Shown in pieces: positions 27,377 through 37,117 of a stretch of DNA of 63,859 nt. The notes under the pieces were generated by a model. It saw nothing but the letters and a program-made list of their open reading frames with translations, was not told where the DNA came from and searched no databases. The DNA comes from Candidatus Ventrenecus stercoripullorum (GTDB lineage Bacteria > Bacillota_I > Bacilli_A > RF39 > UBA660): positions 1 through 63,859 of the forward strand of contig DVGF01000038.1 in NCBI GenBank assembly GCA_018712835.1. Reading direction: 5' to 3'. Position 1 is the stretch's first letter. Every line of letters starts with the position of its first letter. The position numbers and the translations under genes are program-made.

Positions 27377-28300
27377 GTGATGCAAGTTCGGGATTATGAA
27401 CTAGATATGCAAATCGATGAGGAAAACGTTGCTACACTTTATTATGAATATATCCATTTATTACAAGTAAACTATGACTATCGCGTACTCACAGAAGGCA
27501 GTGCAAACATCATTTGCGAAGAATTTTTCGATCAACCTAAAGTCTCTTATCCTTTAGAAGTCCGTTACACAAAAATACTTATGGAAATCATTGGACCAGA
27601 GCCAATATGGAGATATAATTTCGAAGAAAATTCGCAAGCTTTAGAGGAAGCGATAAAACCATACCTAGAGGATGGAGAGTATAAAACCTTAATGCAAATT
27701 TTGAATACGAACATGGAAGTCTTCCCAAATCACCTAGAAAATCTAAATAATCTCTTAAAAAAACTTTATTATAATAAATATGGAAGGGCTATATATGAAG
27801 ATGACCATTTAAAAGCTTTGCTAACATATAGAGAGACATTACCAACAATAGAAGACGAGTTATATTACAATCGGAGTTATATTAATGAAGAAAAAATAAA
27901 CCAAGTTTATAATAAGGAAACGTTAGGCATTCCTCTAAATATAATAGATGAAAATCGTCCTTTATATAAATTAAGACCCATAGACTCAATCGATGAGTTA
28001 AGAAAAGAAGAATGTGTGTATATAGATGAAGCGGGAAATTATTATGCTAAAAAGTTTGTAACATCAGACGAGTATTTTTCAGGTATCGAAGACCAAGAAT
28101 ACCAATATGTAACTATAGAAAAATATTTAACGGAACAAAATGGAATTCCAAAATGTGGTGAATTAGAAGAATATCATCTTGAAAATGGACATTTAGTCTA
28201 CACAGTAGTCGAGAAAAGTTCAAATATCTTTGCAAAATTTCCAGAACAATCCATTTCTAAAAGAGAAGAAGCATTGAGTTTAACGAGAACTAAAAAATAA
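27377..28300 (+). CDS. Hypothetical protein (3' part of the split gene; degenerate zincin-like motif)
   Basis: The open frame extends upstream to 27107 with no ATG, GTG or TTG before the GTG at 27377. YYEYIHLLQ...LTEGSANIICEEF is collinear with LLHEIFHQT...FEEGLTD of the protein encoded at 39366..41126. Confidence 0.55.
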   Translation: MMQVRDYELDMQIDEENVATLYYEYIHLLQVNYDYRVLTEGSANIICEEFFDQPKVSYPLEVRYTKILMEIIGPEPIWRYNFEENSQALEEAIKPYLEDGEYKTLMQILNTNMEVFPNHLENLNNLLKKLYYNKYGRAIYEDDHLKALLTYRETLPTIEDELYYNRSYINEEKINQVYNKETLGIPLNIIDENRPLYKLRPIDSIDELRKEECVYIDEAGNYYAKKFVTSDEYFSGIEDQEYQYVTIEKYLTEQNGIPKCGELEEYHLENGHLVYTVVEKSSNIFAKFPEQSISKREEALSLTRTKK

Positions 28301-28318
28301 ACTGTCAACAAAATTATC

Positions 28319-28347
28319 TTGACAACATATACTTTCTCTGGTATGAT
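28319..28347 (+). promoter_or_regulatory. Promoter of rpsP
   Basis: TTGACA (28319-24), 17-nt spacer ending in TGg, TATGAT (28342-47). Confidence 0.6.
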
Positions 28348-28376
28348 AAAACCGTATTTATGAAGGAGGTATAACA

Positions 28377-28652
28377 ATGGCTGTAAAATTAAGATTAAAA
28401 AGAATGGGTTCAAAAGCAAAACCTTTCTATAGAATTGTTGCTGCTGACTCTAGAAGCCCAAGAGATGGAAGATTTTTAGAGACAGTTGGTACTTATGACC
28501 CAATTAAAAAAGATGCTCCTGTAACAGTAAATGAAGAAAAAGCATTATACTGGTTAAGTAAAGGCGCTATTCCTACTGATACTGTACGTAGCATTTTAAG
28601 CAAACAAGGAATTATGAAAAAGTTTGCTGACCAAAAAAAAGCAGGTAAATAA
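28377..28652 (+). CDS. rpsP: 30S ribosomal protein S16
   Basis: [42 protein letters not shown]. Confidence 0.95.
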   Translation: MAVKLRLKRMGSKAKPFYRIVAADSRSPRDGRFLETVGTYDPIKKDAPVTVNEEKALYWLSKGAIPTDTVRSILSKQGIMKKFADQKKAGK

Positions 28653-28900
28653 TGATGAATATTGTAGAGTACGCAGAGTTTTTAGTAAAAAGTATCTGCA
28701 AAGAACCTGATTTAGTAAAAGTAAGTAGTTACACCGGAGAAGAAGATATGACAATTTTAGATATTCTAATTCCCGAAAGTGCCATGGGTTCTGTGATTGG
28801 AAAAAGTGGTCGTAACGCAAGTGCCCTAAGAACATTAATCCAAGCCTATGCTTATGTAAACAAAACAGGAAAAGTAAAAATAAACATTGATGCTTTTTAA
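28652..28900 (+). CDS. KH-domain RNA-binding protein (YlqC/UPF0109 family)
   Basis: GSVIGKSGRNASALRTLI (GxxG KH motif). Conserved position right after rpsP. Confidence 0.85.
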   Translation: MMNIVEYAEFLVKSICKEPDLVKVSSYTGEEDMTILDILIPESAMGSVIGKSGRNASALRTLIQAYAYVNKTGKVKINIDAF

Positions 28901-28994
28901 CGAGAGAAAAATTCTCGTTTTTTTCTTGTGTGGATAATTGAAAAAAAACAAAATATTCGATATACTATACATAGAAAATAAATGGAGGTTAACA

Positions 28995-29447
28995 ATGAAA
29001 AATGGATTTACATTAATTGAATTATTGGCAGTAATCGTCATTCTTGCTCTACTTGCAACCATTGCTGTTCCAAGTGCAATTAATATATCAAATAACATTA
29101 AGAAAAACATGTATTGTGAAAAAGTAGATTTACTACTAACGGATGCCAAAAGATGGGGACAAGACCATCTAAGCGATTTAAGCGAAGACTGCTATATCGA
29201 AGTATCCATAAGTTATTTAGTAGAACAAGGTATCACAAACAAAGAAAATGATGAAGGTGCTTATATCACAAATCCTTATACGGGAAGTGCTATGGATGGA
29301 GATACAATTGGACTTTACAAACATAACAAACGTGCATATGCCTTTTATACATTAAATACAAGTGGACTTCGTTCTGAGGTTGTAACAGAACTTGAAAACG
29401 CTTGTGAAGAAGTAGAACCAGAAGCTCGTCCAGCAAACAAATGTTAA
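28995..29447 (+). CDS. Prepilin-type N-terminal cleavage/methylation domain protein (pseudopilin/ComGC-like)
   Basis: The start is the ATG after GGAGG. MKNGFTLIELLAVIVILALLATIAVP is the class III signal peptide (G|FTLIE). Confidence 0.8.
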   Translation: MKNGFTLIELLAVIVILALLATIAVPSAINISNNIKKNMYCEKVDLLLTDAKRWGQDHLSDLSEDCYIEVSISYLVEQGITNKENDEGAYITNPYTGSAMDGDTIGLYKHNKRAYAFYTLNTSGLRSEVVTELENACEEVEPEARPANKC

Positions 29448-29501
29448 TTTACATTTCATCTATTTTCTGTTAAAATAAATCCCGTTAAAGGAGGTGCTTT
29501 C

Positions 29502-30803
29502 ATGAAATGCGTTTGTTTAATTGGCAGACCCAATACTGGGAAATCTAGCCTTTTTAATCGCTTAGTAGGCGAAGAAAAATCGATTATCATGGACATGCCA
29601 GGAATTACCAGAGACCGTATTTATGGTGAAGTAAATTATAACCAGAAAAAGTTTTCATTAATTGATACGGGTGGCTTAGAGTTAGGAAAGGAAAACTTCA
29701 AACAAGATATATTGGCCCAAGCAACCTTTGCCATTGACGAATCAGACCTTATCTTATTTGTTGTAGATGGCAAAACAGAATTAAATCAAAGCGACTATAT
29801 GATAAGAGATATCCTTAGAAAGTCTGGCAAAGAAGTGATAGTCGTGGTAAATAAAATCGATAACAAAGAAAGAGAAAATAGCATCTATAACTTTTATGAA
29901 CTAGGATTTGAACAAGTAATTGGAGTATCAGCAACTCATAAATTAGGAATAAAAGAATTATTAAATACGATTACAGAGGACTTAGGTGTAACAGAAGAAC
30001 AAGAAGAAAACATCTGTAGATTTTGCTTTATTGGTCGCCCAAACACAGGAAAATCAAGCTTAGTCAACGCCTTACTAAATGAAGAAAGAGCCATTGTAAG
30101 CAATGTTGCAGGTACCACAAGAGATGCTACAGATACAAGGTTTACCTATCATGGAGAAGACTATATCATGGTCGATACAGCCGGGATAAAAAAGCGTGGA
30201 AAAATTTACGAAAATATCGAAAAATATAGCTTAATTAGAAGCATGAGAGCAATAGAAAGAAGCAATGTCTGCGTTCTTGTAATCAGTGCCGAAGATGGTA
30301 TTATTGAACAAGACAAACATATTGCAGGAATGGCAATCAATGCTGGGAAAGCCTTAGTCATCTGTGTCAACAAATGGGATACCATAGAAAATAAAGATAC
30401 TGCCATAAAAAAATGGAAAGAACTATTAAAATACGAATTCCAATTTGCAACTTATGCAAAAGTCGTCTTTTTATCTGCCTTAACTAAAAAGAGAATACAC
30501 ATGCTCATGCCGGAAATTATTGGAGCATATGAAAATCATCAAAAAGAAGTAAAAACATCCCTTGTCAATAGCGTGATTGAAGAAGCAGTTGCATTACACG
30601 AACCTCCATCTTATAAAGGAAGACGTTTAAAAATATATTTTGTAAATGAAGAAGCTACAAAACCACCAAAATTTGTCTTTCGTGTCAATGACAAAAAATT
30701 AGTTCATTTTAGTTACGAACGTTATTTAGAAAACAAATTAAGAGAAAACTTTGATTTTACAGGAACTCCTATTATTTTAAAATTTAAAAATCGTTCCGAC
30801 TAA
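29502..30803 (+). CDS. der: Ribosome-biogenesis GTPase Der (EngA)
   Basis: Two tandem G domains (GRPNTGKSSLFN...DTGG, GRPNTGKSSLVN...DTAG, NKxD) plus a KH-like C-terminus. Confidence 0.95.
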   Translation: MKCVCLIGRPNTGKSSLFNRLVGEEKSIIMDMPGITRDRIYGEVNYNQKKFSLIDTGGLELGKENFKQDILAQATFAIDESDLILFVVDGKTELNQSDYMIRDILRKSGKEVIVVVNKIDNKERENSIYNFYELGFEQVIGVSATHKLGIKELLNTITEDLGVTEEQEENICRFCFIGRPNTGKSSLVNALLNEERAIVSNVAGTTRDATDTRFTYHGEDYIMVDTAGIKKRGKIYENIEKYSLIRSMRAIERSNVCVLVISAEDGIIEQDKHIAGMAINAGKALVICVNKWDTIENKDTAIKKWKELLKYEFQFATYAKVVFLSALTKKRIHMLMPEIIGAYENHQKEVKTSLVNSVIEEAVALHEPPSYKGRRLKIYFVNEEATKPPKFVFRVNDKKLVHFSYERYLENKLRENFDFTGTPIILKFKNRSD

Positions 30804-30813
30804 AAAGAAGTCC

Positions 30814-31086
30814 TTAGTGGCTTCTTTTTTGGTCAATTCTTTTCTTCGATATCACTCTATCAGGATAATAAGTGACAAGCTCAGCCGGTGTGATATGAAA
30901 AGTATTAGCAAGCTGTTCTAAAAGCTCCACACCAATATTAATCTCTCCTCGTTCAATCGAAGAAAGATATTTCACACTTAAATGATATTTCTCATAAAAC
31001 TTCTCCTGACTGAGTCCACTTTGATAACGAATATATCTCAAATTATTACCAATAACTTTCTTAATGTCAGACATAACTACCTCCAT
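30814..31086 (-). CDS. XRE-family HTH transcriptional regulator
   Basis: IGNNLRYIRYQSGLSQEKFYEKYHLSVKYLSSIERGE. Confidence 0.8.
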   Translation of the reverse strand: MEVVMSDIKKVIGNNLRYIRYQSGLSQEKFYEKYHLSVKYLSSIERGEINIGVELLEQLANTFHITPAELVTYYPDRVISKKRIDQKRSH

Positions 31087-31200
31087 ATTTCTATATTTAG
31101 TCTATTGGCGAGAGTTTGTGATGTCTACCTAGTCATCACTAGACAAAATTGACTTTTTGAAGTATTTATTATATGATTAAGTTACTTTAAGGAGTGCTTT

Positions 31201-31410
31201 ATGGAAATGAAAAGTAAAAATTATAAGTTGGAGGCATTACGAATAAAGTATGGTTTCACTTATCAAGAAATGGCTGACAAGATAGGTGTATGTAAGTCTT
31301 ATTACTGGCAATTAGAACATAATAATCGCAGATTATACTACGATGTAGCAAAAAAAATCGCGAATATTTTTTCTTTAAAACCAGATGATATTTTCTATAA
31401 TCAAGAATAA
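31201..31410 (+). CDS. Small HTH protein (69 aa), paralog of 32272..32466
   Basis: LRIKYGFTYQEMADKIGVCKSYYWQLEHNNRRLYYDVAKKIANIFSLKPDDIFY. Divergent from the XRE gene at 30814..31086. Confidence 0.7.
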   Translation: MEMKSKNYKLEALRIKYGFTYQEMADKIGVCKSYYWQLEHNNRRLYYDVAKKIANIFSLKPDDIFYNQE

Positions 31411-31456
31411 TGTTCAAGAATGATAATTTTGCATAGAATAATTTAGGAGGGAATCT

Positions 31457-31699
31457 ATGCAATTTGAAGACAGTTTTTTTAAAAAAGTAGAAAAGAAAAC
31501 AAAAGTAGATAAGGATACGATTGTACATTTAGCAGAAAAACTACAGAATGGAAATATGAAGGACGAAAAAACAATTAGAGAAGTCATTGCCACATTATCC
31601 AAAATGACAGGGAAACCGGTATCCAAAGAAAGAGAAGACAAAATTATAGAAACAATAGTAGAAGACAAAGTACCGAAAAGCATTGATAAAATGTTCTAA
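31457..31699 (+). CDS. spoVIF: Stage VI sporulation protein F-like (SpoVIF/YjcC family)
   Basis: FFKKVEKKTKV...LAEKLQNGNMKDEKTIREVI...KPVSKEREDKIIETI matches my recollection of B. subtilis YjcC. RBS AGGAGGG. Confidence 0.65.
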   Translation: MQFEDSFFKKVEKKTKVDKDTIVHLAEKLQNGNMKDEKTIREVIATLSKMTGKPVSKEREDKIIETIVEDKVPKSIDKMF

Positions 31700-31729
31700 A
31701 AAAAAGAGAGATGATATCTATCTCTGCTT

Positions 31730-32176
31730 TTATTTTCTACCAAGTAATTTATCTAATGAATAAGAAAAGTGTTTTGAAAATTCTAAGGCATACATAGTAG
31801 TAATTAGACATTTACCGGTTTCATATTTATGAATATTAGATTGTGTTGTTTGCAAAGCATCCGCGACTTGCTTCTGCGTTAGATGTTGTTCCTTACGGAA
31901 ATTCTTCATTCGCTCAGCAACTTGATCTAAATCAATAAACTTTGTTTTAGAAACAACTTTCGACTCATCATCGTTAAGTCCTGTTAAATAATCAAGACTA
32001 AGTTGATAACTATTAGAGAGTTTAAAGAATTGGCGGAGTGGCATAATGTCTTTACCTGTTTCCCAACCAGCATAAGTAGCCCTTTGAACATTCAAAATAT
32101 TCGCTACTTCTTGTTGAGTATAACCTTCGTATTTTCTTCTTTCTTTTAATCTTTCGAAAATCATTTTAATCATCAC
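31730..32176 (-). CDS. XRE-family regulator with two tandem HTH domains
   Basis: Two repeats of the LKxxRxxxGxTQxxVAxxL...I..xExG pattern (residues ~8-65 and ~85-145). Confidence 0.8.
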   Translation of the reverse strand: MMIKMIFERLKERRKYEGYTQQEVANILNVQRATYAGWETGKDIMPLRQFFKLSNSYQLSLDYLTGLNDDESKVVSKTKFIDLDQVAERMKNFRKEQHLTQKQVADALQTTQSNIHKYETGKCLITTMYALEFSKHFSYSLDKLLGRK

Positions 32177-32271
32177 CCAAACTTATTTTCGCAAAAGAAT
32201 TTTCATTATTCTTAATTTGGTGGTTATATGTGATTTTTATGTGCTATAATTGAAAAAAAGGTTGTGATAAT

Positions 32272-32466
32272 ATGAAAAAATATCAAAAATTATATGAATT
32301 AAGGAAGAAATTTTCTTATTCTTGTCAAGATATGGCAAGCAAACTAGATATCAGTTCTTCCTACTATTGGCAAATTGAAAATGGTTATCGAAGATTATTT
32401 TATGATATTGCCGTAAAAATAGCAGACATATTTAATCTTCGTCCAGATGATATCTTTTACTACTAA
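32272..32466 (+). CDS. Small HTH protein (64 aa), paralog of 31201..31410
   Basis: LRKKFSYSCQDMASKLDISSSYYWQIENGYRRLFYDIAVKIADIFNLRPDDIFYY. Confidence 0.7.
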   Translation: MKKYQKLYELRKKFSYSCQDMASKLDISSSYYWQIENGYRRLFYDIAVKIADIFNLRPDDIFYY

Positions 32467-32519
32467 ATTCTTATGAATGTTTTTGAAAGCTAATTCATAT
32501 ATTGTTTTAGGTGATTTAT

Positions 32520-33998
32520 ATGGATAAGAAAGAATTGTTAAGTTCTATTGCTCGCCGTGGAAATGGAGAAATCTATTTAGGGGTTGTTGGAGCGGTCAGA
32601 ACTGGAAAAAGTACCTTTATTAAACGGTTTATTGAAAATTTAGTAGTTCCCAGTATTAGTGATGAATACGAAAAGAAACGTTGTTTAGACGAAATTCCCC
32701 AAAGTGCTCAAGGAAAAACAATTATGACAACAGAACCAAAATTTGTCCCGTCTAATGGTGCAAAAATTAAAGTAGATGATTTTGAAGCAGACATTAAACT
32801 GGTAGATTGTGTTGGCTTTGTTATTCCAAACGCTTTAGGCTATGAAGATGCAGATGGCAACCCTAGAATGATTAAAACACCATGGTTTCAAGACTCTGTC
32901 CCTTTTGTAGAAGCAGCAGAAATAGGAACAGAAAAAGTAATCAAAGACCATTCAACGATTGGTATAGTCGTTACCACAGATGGTTCTTTTGGAGAACTTA
33001 GAAGAGAAGACTATCTAGACGCGGAAGAAAAAGTGATTGGCGAGTTAATAAGTATTGGAAAACCCTTTATTATTGTATTAAATAGTAGTAGACCAAATTC
33101 CGAAGAAACAAGAGGATTAGCTGAGTCCTTACAAAATACCTATAATGTACCAGCCATTCCTATGAATGTCGAAACAATGGAAGAAAAGGATATTCTAGAA
33201 GTATTAAAACAAGCGTTATACGAATTTCCTGTGATGGATATTGCAATTGATATGCCAGAATGGGTTCATGTTCTTCCAAATACCCATGAGATTAAAAGCC
33301 ATTACTTAGAAAAAATCAAAGAAAGTGTCATGAGTGTTTCCAAAGTAAGAGATGTTGAAGAAATTATTACTCACTTTACTGACTCTGAGATTATTTCCAA
33401 GGCTTATATCAGCGAATTAGACACTGCCTCAGGGGTTGTCCATCTTCGCCTAGAAAGTAGCGATGAACTATACCAAAACGTCTTAAAAAGCTTAGTAGGG
33501 GATGCTGCAACATCAAAAGCGGGTCTCTTAAAAGTATTTACTACTTATGCGGAAGGAAAAGAAGAACTAGATAGTATCAAAGATGCCTTAAAAATGGCCA
33601 AGAGCACTGGTTATGGAATTGTCTATCCAACTTTAAAAGATATGAAACTAGATACGCCAGAAATTATTAAACAAGGCAATCGTTATGGGGTAAAACTAAA
33701 AGCCAAAGCAAGTTCTATTCATCTTATGAAAGTAGATGTAGAAAGCACATTCGAACCAATTATCGGTTCAGAACTCCAAAGCAAAGAACTCATTAATTAT
33801 ATTATGAAAGATTACCAGACAGACCCATCTAGTATTTGGAAAAGTGAAATCTTTGGAAGAAGCCTTGATGTCATTGTCAAAGAAGGAATTCAAGCTAAAC
33901 TATCTATCATGCCAGAAAATACTCGTTATAAACTAAGCCAAACAGTTACCAAAATCGTCAATAAAGGCTCTAGTAACCTAATTGCCTTCGTGCTTTAG
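32520..33998 (+). CDS. spoIVA: Stage IV sporulation protein A (coat-basement ATPase)
   Basis: IARRGNGEIYLGVVGAVRTGKSTFIKRF (Walker A) and full-length collinearity. Followed by hup, as in Bacillus. Confidence 0.92.
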   Translation: MDKKELLSSIARRGNGEIYLGVVGAVRTGKSTFIKRFIENLVVPSISDEYEKKRCLDEIPQSAQGKTIMTTEPKFVPSNGAKIKVDDFEADIKLVDCVGFVIPNALGYEDADGNPRMIKTPWFQDSVPFVEAAEIGTEKVIKDHSTIGIVVTTDGSFGELRREDYLDAEEKVIGELISIGKPFIIVLNSSRPNSEETRGLAESLQNTYNVPAIPMNVETMEEKDILEVLKQALYEFPVMDIAIDMPEWVHVLPNTHEIKSHYLEKIKESVMSVSKVRDVEEIITHFTDSEIISKAYISELDTASGVVHLRLESSDELYQNVLKSLVGDAATSKAGLLKVFTTYAEGKEELDSIKDALKMAKSTGYGIVYPTLKDMKLDTPEIIKQGNRYGVKLKAKASSIHLMKVDVESTFEPIIGSELQSKELINYIMKDYQTDPSSIWKSEIFGRSLDVIVKEGIQAKLSIMPENTRYKLSQTVTKIVNKGSSNLIAFVL

Positions 33999-34160
33999 AA
34001 GAAAAAACATTGTAAAATAAAGGTCAAATGACAGAAAACCAATGAAAATTTTGTGAAAAAAAGCTATAAAAGAGCTTTTTTTCTTGCATTTATCCCAATT
34101 TTTTGCTAACTTTAATATGTAAGGATAAACACCTTATGTTTTGAAAGGGAGGTCAAAAAA

Positions 34161-34433
34161 ATGACAAAACAAAGTTTAATTGATTATGTAGCTGAAAAAG
34201 CTGAAATGAGTAAAGCAGAAGCTGGACGTGCATTAGATGCAGTTCTAGATGGAATCGTTGCTGGACTTAAAGAAAGTGGTGACGTTACATTCGTAGGATT
34301 TGGAAAATTCTCAGTAAAAGAACGTCCTGCAAGAGAAGGAATTAATCCTGCAACAAAAGAAAAAATCACAATTCCTGCTAAAAATGCTGTTACATTCAAA
34401 GCTGGAAGCAAATTAAAAGACGCTATTCAATAA
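34161..34433 (+). CDS. hup: DNA-binding protein HU
   Basis: GFGKFSVKERPAREGINPATKEKITIPAKNAVTFKAGSKLKDA. Confidence 0.95.
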   Translation: MTKQSLIDYVAEKAEMSKAEAGRALDAVLDGIVAGLKESGDVTFVGFGKFSVKERPAREGINPATKEKITIPAKNAVTFKAGSKLKDAIQ

Positions 34434-34442
34434 TAGGAAAAA

Positions 34443-34472
34443 GACTAACGAAATCTGTTAGTTTTTTTTTTG
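34443..34472 (+). terminator. Terminator after hup
   Basis: Stem ACTAAC/GTTAGT followed by a 10-nt T-run. Confidence 0.6.
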
Positions 34473-34538
34473 GGATAAACGGCTTTTATTTGAATAAATG
34501 ACTAGAATATTGTATACTTTATATAAGAAGGTGATGAC

Positions 34539-35336
34539 ATGTTAAAAAAAGTCATAAGCGCAATTGTAATGCTCTTAATATTTATACCTATACTCTTAGC
34601 TGGTGGCAAAGTATTCTATTTAACAGTAGGTATTTTAGCATTATTTGCTTGTAAAGAAATGCTAGACTTAAAAGAAAGCCATTCAAAAATTCCTAGTGGA
34701 TTAGTTCTAGTTTCCATGTTAGCATTACTGGTATTAGTTTTTAGAGATGCCGAAACAAGTATTTTATCTTATGGAATTAGTACACGGTTATTTGCCTTAT
34801 TAATTTTAATTTTTCTTATTCCAACACTATTTTCCTATAAAAAGGGCGAATATAATACCAGAGATGCCTTTTACTTACTAGGAATGCTTCTATTTTTAGG
34901 AACTTCCTTCAATGCTATGATTGTTTTAAGAAATATGAATTTATATATTTTAATTTATCTTTTTGGAATTACAATTATTACCGATACATTTGCTTTGTTA
35001 ATAGGTATGGCATTTGGTCGTCACAAACTAGCTCCAGAAATTAGTCCTAAAAAAACATGGGAAGGCTTCTTAGGAGGGGCTATTTTTGGAACCATTATCC
35101 CAAGTATTTTTTATTACTTTTTTATTAGTAGTGAAAATATAATAGGCACTATCATCATGACTCTAGTAATATCAGTCGTAGCTCAATTAGGAGATTTGAT
35201 ATTTAGTAAAATAAAAAGAGAAAACAATATCAAAGACTTTTCAGATTTAATACCAGGTCATGGAGGCATATTAGACCGCTTAGATAGTACAATTTTTGCC
35301 ATAATTACTTACATTCTAATCATAATATTAATATAA
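34539..35336 (+). CDS. cdsA: Phosphatidate cytidylyltransferase
   Basis: SPKKTWEGFLGG and GDLIFSKIKRENNIKDFSDLIPGHGGILDRLDS. Confidence 0.9.
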   Translation: MLKKVISAIVMLLIFIPILLAGGKVFYLTVGILALFACKEMLDLKESHSKIPSGLVLVSMLALLVLVFRDAETSILSYGISTRLFALLILIFLIPTLFSYKKGEYNTRDAFYLLGMLLFLGTSFNAMIVLRNMNLYILIYLFGITIITDTFALLIGMAFGRHKLAPEISPKKTWEGFLGGAIFGTIIPSIFYYFFISSENIIGTIIMTLVISVVAQLGDLIFSKIKRENNIKDFSDLIPGHGGILDRLDSTIFAIITYILIIILI

Positions 35337-35348
35337 GGGAGGAACAAT

Positions 35349-36398
35349 ATGTGGATTATTAGTTTAATTGTATTTATTTTTATTCTCGGAATTATTATTT
35401 TAATTCACGAATTTGGACATTTTATCTGTGCTAAAAAATCAGGAGTATATATTTATGAATTTTCGATAGGAATGGGGCCAGTCATCTTTACTCATAAAGG
35501 GAAAGATGGCATTGACTATAATATCAGGGCCTTACCAATTGGTGGATTTGTCCAAATGGCTGGTGAAGTCTATGAAGACGATAGTAAAATAAAAAAAGAA
35601 CAATTTATGTGTAATCGTCCATGGTATCAAAGATTATGCATTTTAGTAGCCGGTGTATTTAATAACTTCTTACTAGCACTTGTCTTACTATTTGTAATGT
35701 CTTTGATTTGGGGCCCAACAAGTAGTACACCAAGGATTTTAATGGTTCAAGAAGGTTCTGCTGCCGAAGATGCTGGAATACGTGCTGGAGATTTAATTAC
35801 TAGTATTAACGGTCATAATTTTTCATCGTGGGATGTCGGGCAAATCTATCTGTACTACAAAGATAGTGATGGCATCTATGATTTTGGAGTAACGCATACA
35901 GATGGCACGAGTGAAATCATTTCCGTAAAACCAAATATTGTGACAGATGAGGAAGGCGAGGAAACAAGAGTATTTGGAATTCAAATCGACAATAGTCGTG
36001 AAAAAAATGTTTGGGAAAGCATCAAATTTACTTTTCAAAAATTTATCGATATCATCCATTCGATGGTAATTACAATAGGTGGACTTATTACAGGTCAAAT
36101 TTCTATTAGTAACTTAGCCGGCCCAGTTGGAATTTATCAAGTCATTGATCAAAGTGTGCAGTATGGCATTCAACAATTAATTTATATCACTGCATTCTTA
36201 TCAATCAATGTTGGATTTATTAATATTTTACCGTTCCCAGCATTTGATGGCGGTCATGTATTATTCTTAATCATAGAAAAAATAAAAGGAAGTCCAGTAA
36301 ACATGAAAGTAGAGACGATTTTAAATCTTATAGGCTTTGCTTTACTAATGCTTTTAATGATCGTAATTACGATTCAGGATATCACTAGACTATTTTGA
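35349..36398 (+). CDS. rseP: RIP metalloprotease RseP/RasP (site-2 protease, M50)
   Basis: HEFGHF zinc motif, central PDZ-like segment, NILPFPAFDGGH. Confidence 0.9.
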   Translation: MWIISLIVFIFILGIIILIHEFGHFICAKKSGVYIYEFSIGMGPVIFTHKGKDGIDYNIRALPIGGFVQMAGEVYEDDSKIKKEQFMCNRPWYQRLCILVAGVFNNFLLALVLLFVMSLIWGPTSSTPRILMVQEGSAAEDAGIRAGDLITSINGHNFSSWDVGQIYLYYKDSDGIYDFGVTHTDGTSEIISVKPNIVTDEEGEETRVFGIQIDNSREKNVWESIKFTFQKFIDIIHSMVITIGGLITGQISISNLAGPVGIYQVIDQSVQYGIQQLIYITAFLSINVGFINILPFPAFDGGHVLFLIIEKIKGSPVNMKVETILNLIGFALLMLLMIVITIQDITRLF

Positions 36399-36434
36399 AG
36401 AACATAAAGTTCTTCCTTTTTAGAAAGGCAGATT

Positions 36435-36791
36435 ATGAAATATAATATATTCGAATTATTTGTTATAAAAGAAAAATTAGATGAGAAAGAGATATATTTT
36501 ATATGTCAAAAAAGCTTTTATGATACGACATATAGGGAAGTATTTACGAAAAGAAAAATAATAGTACCAAAACATTTAGAAAGCATCTTAGTAGAAGAAT
36601 TAGCAGATTATTATTCTGTTTTAGCAGTGGCAAATTATACCACAGGAACACCGGCTATGCTTTCTAAAAAGGAATTACTTCAAAAAATGATCTCAATTAA
36701 TTTACTAAAACAGCGCTTGCAACTTGAAAAAGAATTACAAGCTGATAAGAAGAAAGAGTATCCGGCTGTGTTAACAAGAAAATACCAATAA
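36435..36791 (+). CDS. Hypothetical protein (118 aa)
   Basis: ORF only; no motif recognised. Confidence 0.5.
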   Translation: MKYNIFELFVIKEKLDEKEIYFICQKSFYDTTYREVFTKRKIIVPKHLESILVEELADYYSVLAVANYTTGTPAMLSKKELLQKMISINLLKQRLQLEKELQADKKKEYPAVLTRKYQ

Positions 36792-36835
36792 AACATATTG
36801 AAAGTATCTAAAGAGTTATGCTAAAATATTCTTGT

Positions 36836-36912
36836 GTTCTGATAGTTCAGCTGGATAGAACGTTAGCCTCCGGAGCTAAAGGTCGAGGGTTCGAATCCCT
36901 CTCGGAACACCA
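36836..36912 (+). tRNA. tRNA-Arg(CCG)
   Basis: Acceptor GTTCTGA/TCGGAAC, loop CTCCGGA, CCA encoded. Confidence 0.95.
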
Positions 36913-36917
36913 GAATT

Positions 36918-37004
36918 GCAAGAATGGCGGAATCGGTAGACGCGCTACTTTGAGGGGGTAGTGAGCATATGCTCGTGGGAGTTCAAGTCTCCTTTCTTGC
37001 ACCA
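36918..37004 (+). tRNA. tRNA-Leu(GAG)
   Basis: Acceptor GCAAGAA/TTCTTGC, loop TTGAGGG, long variable arm, CCA encoded. Confidence 0.95.
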
Positions 37005-37046
37005 TAAGAATTTAATCTAAATCATTGTGTTTTGGAATCATTTATA

Positions 37047-37113
37047 AATAGAACTTGTGAAAAGTTCTTTTTTATGTTATTATGAATATGTCAAGGAAAC
37101 TTGCATAAAATAA
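37047..37113. repeat. Repeat family R, copy A (terminator hairpin plus -10-like box)
   Basis: GAACTTgtgaaAAGTTC + TTTTTT (37051-37073), then TATGTTATTATGAATATG..TTGCATAAAAT. Related to the copies at 39067, 41756 and 45165. Confidence 0.7.
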
Positions 37114-37117
37114 AAAA

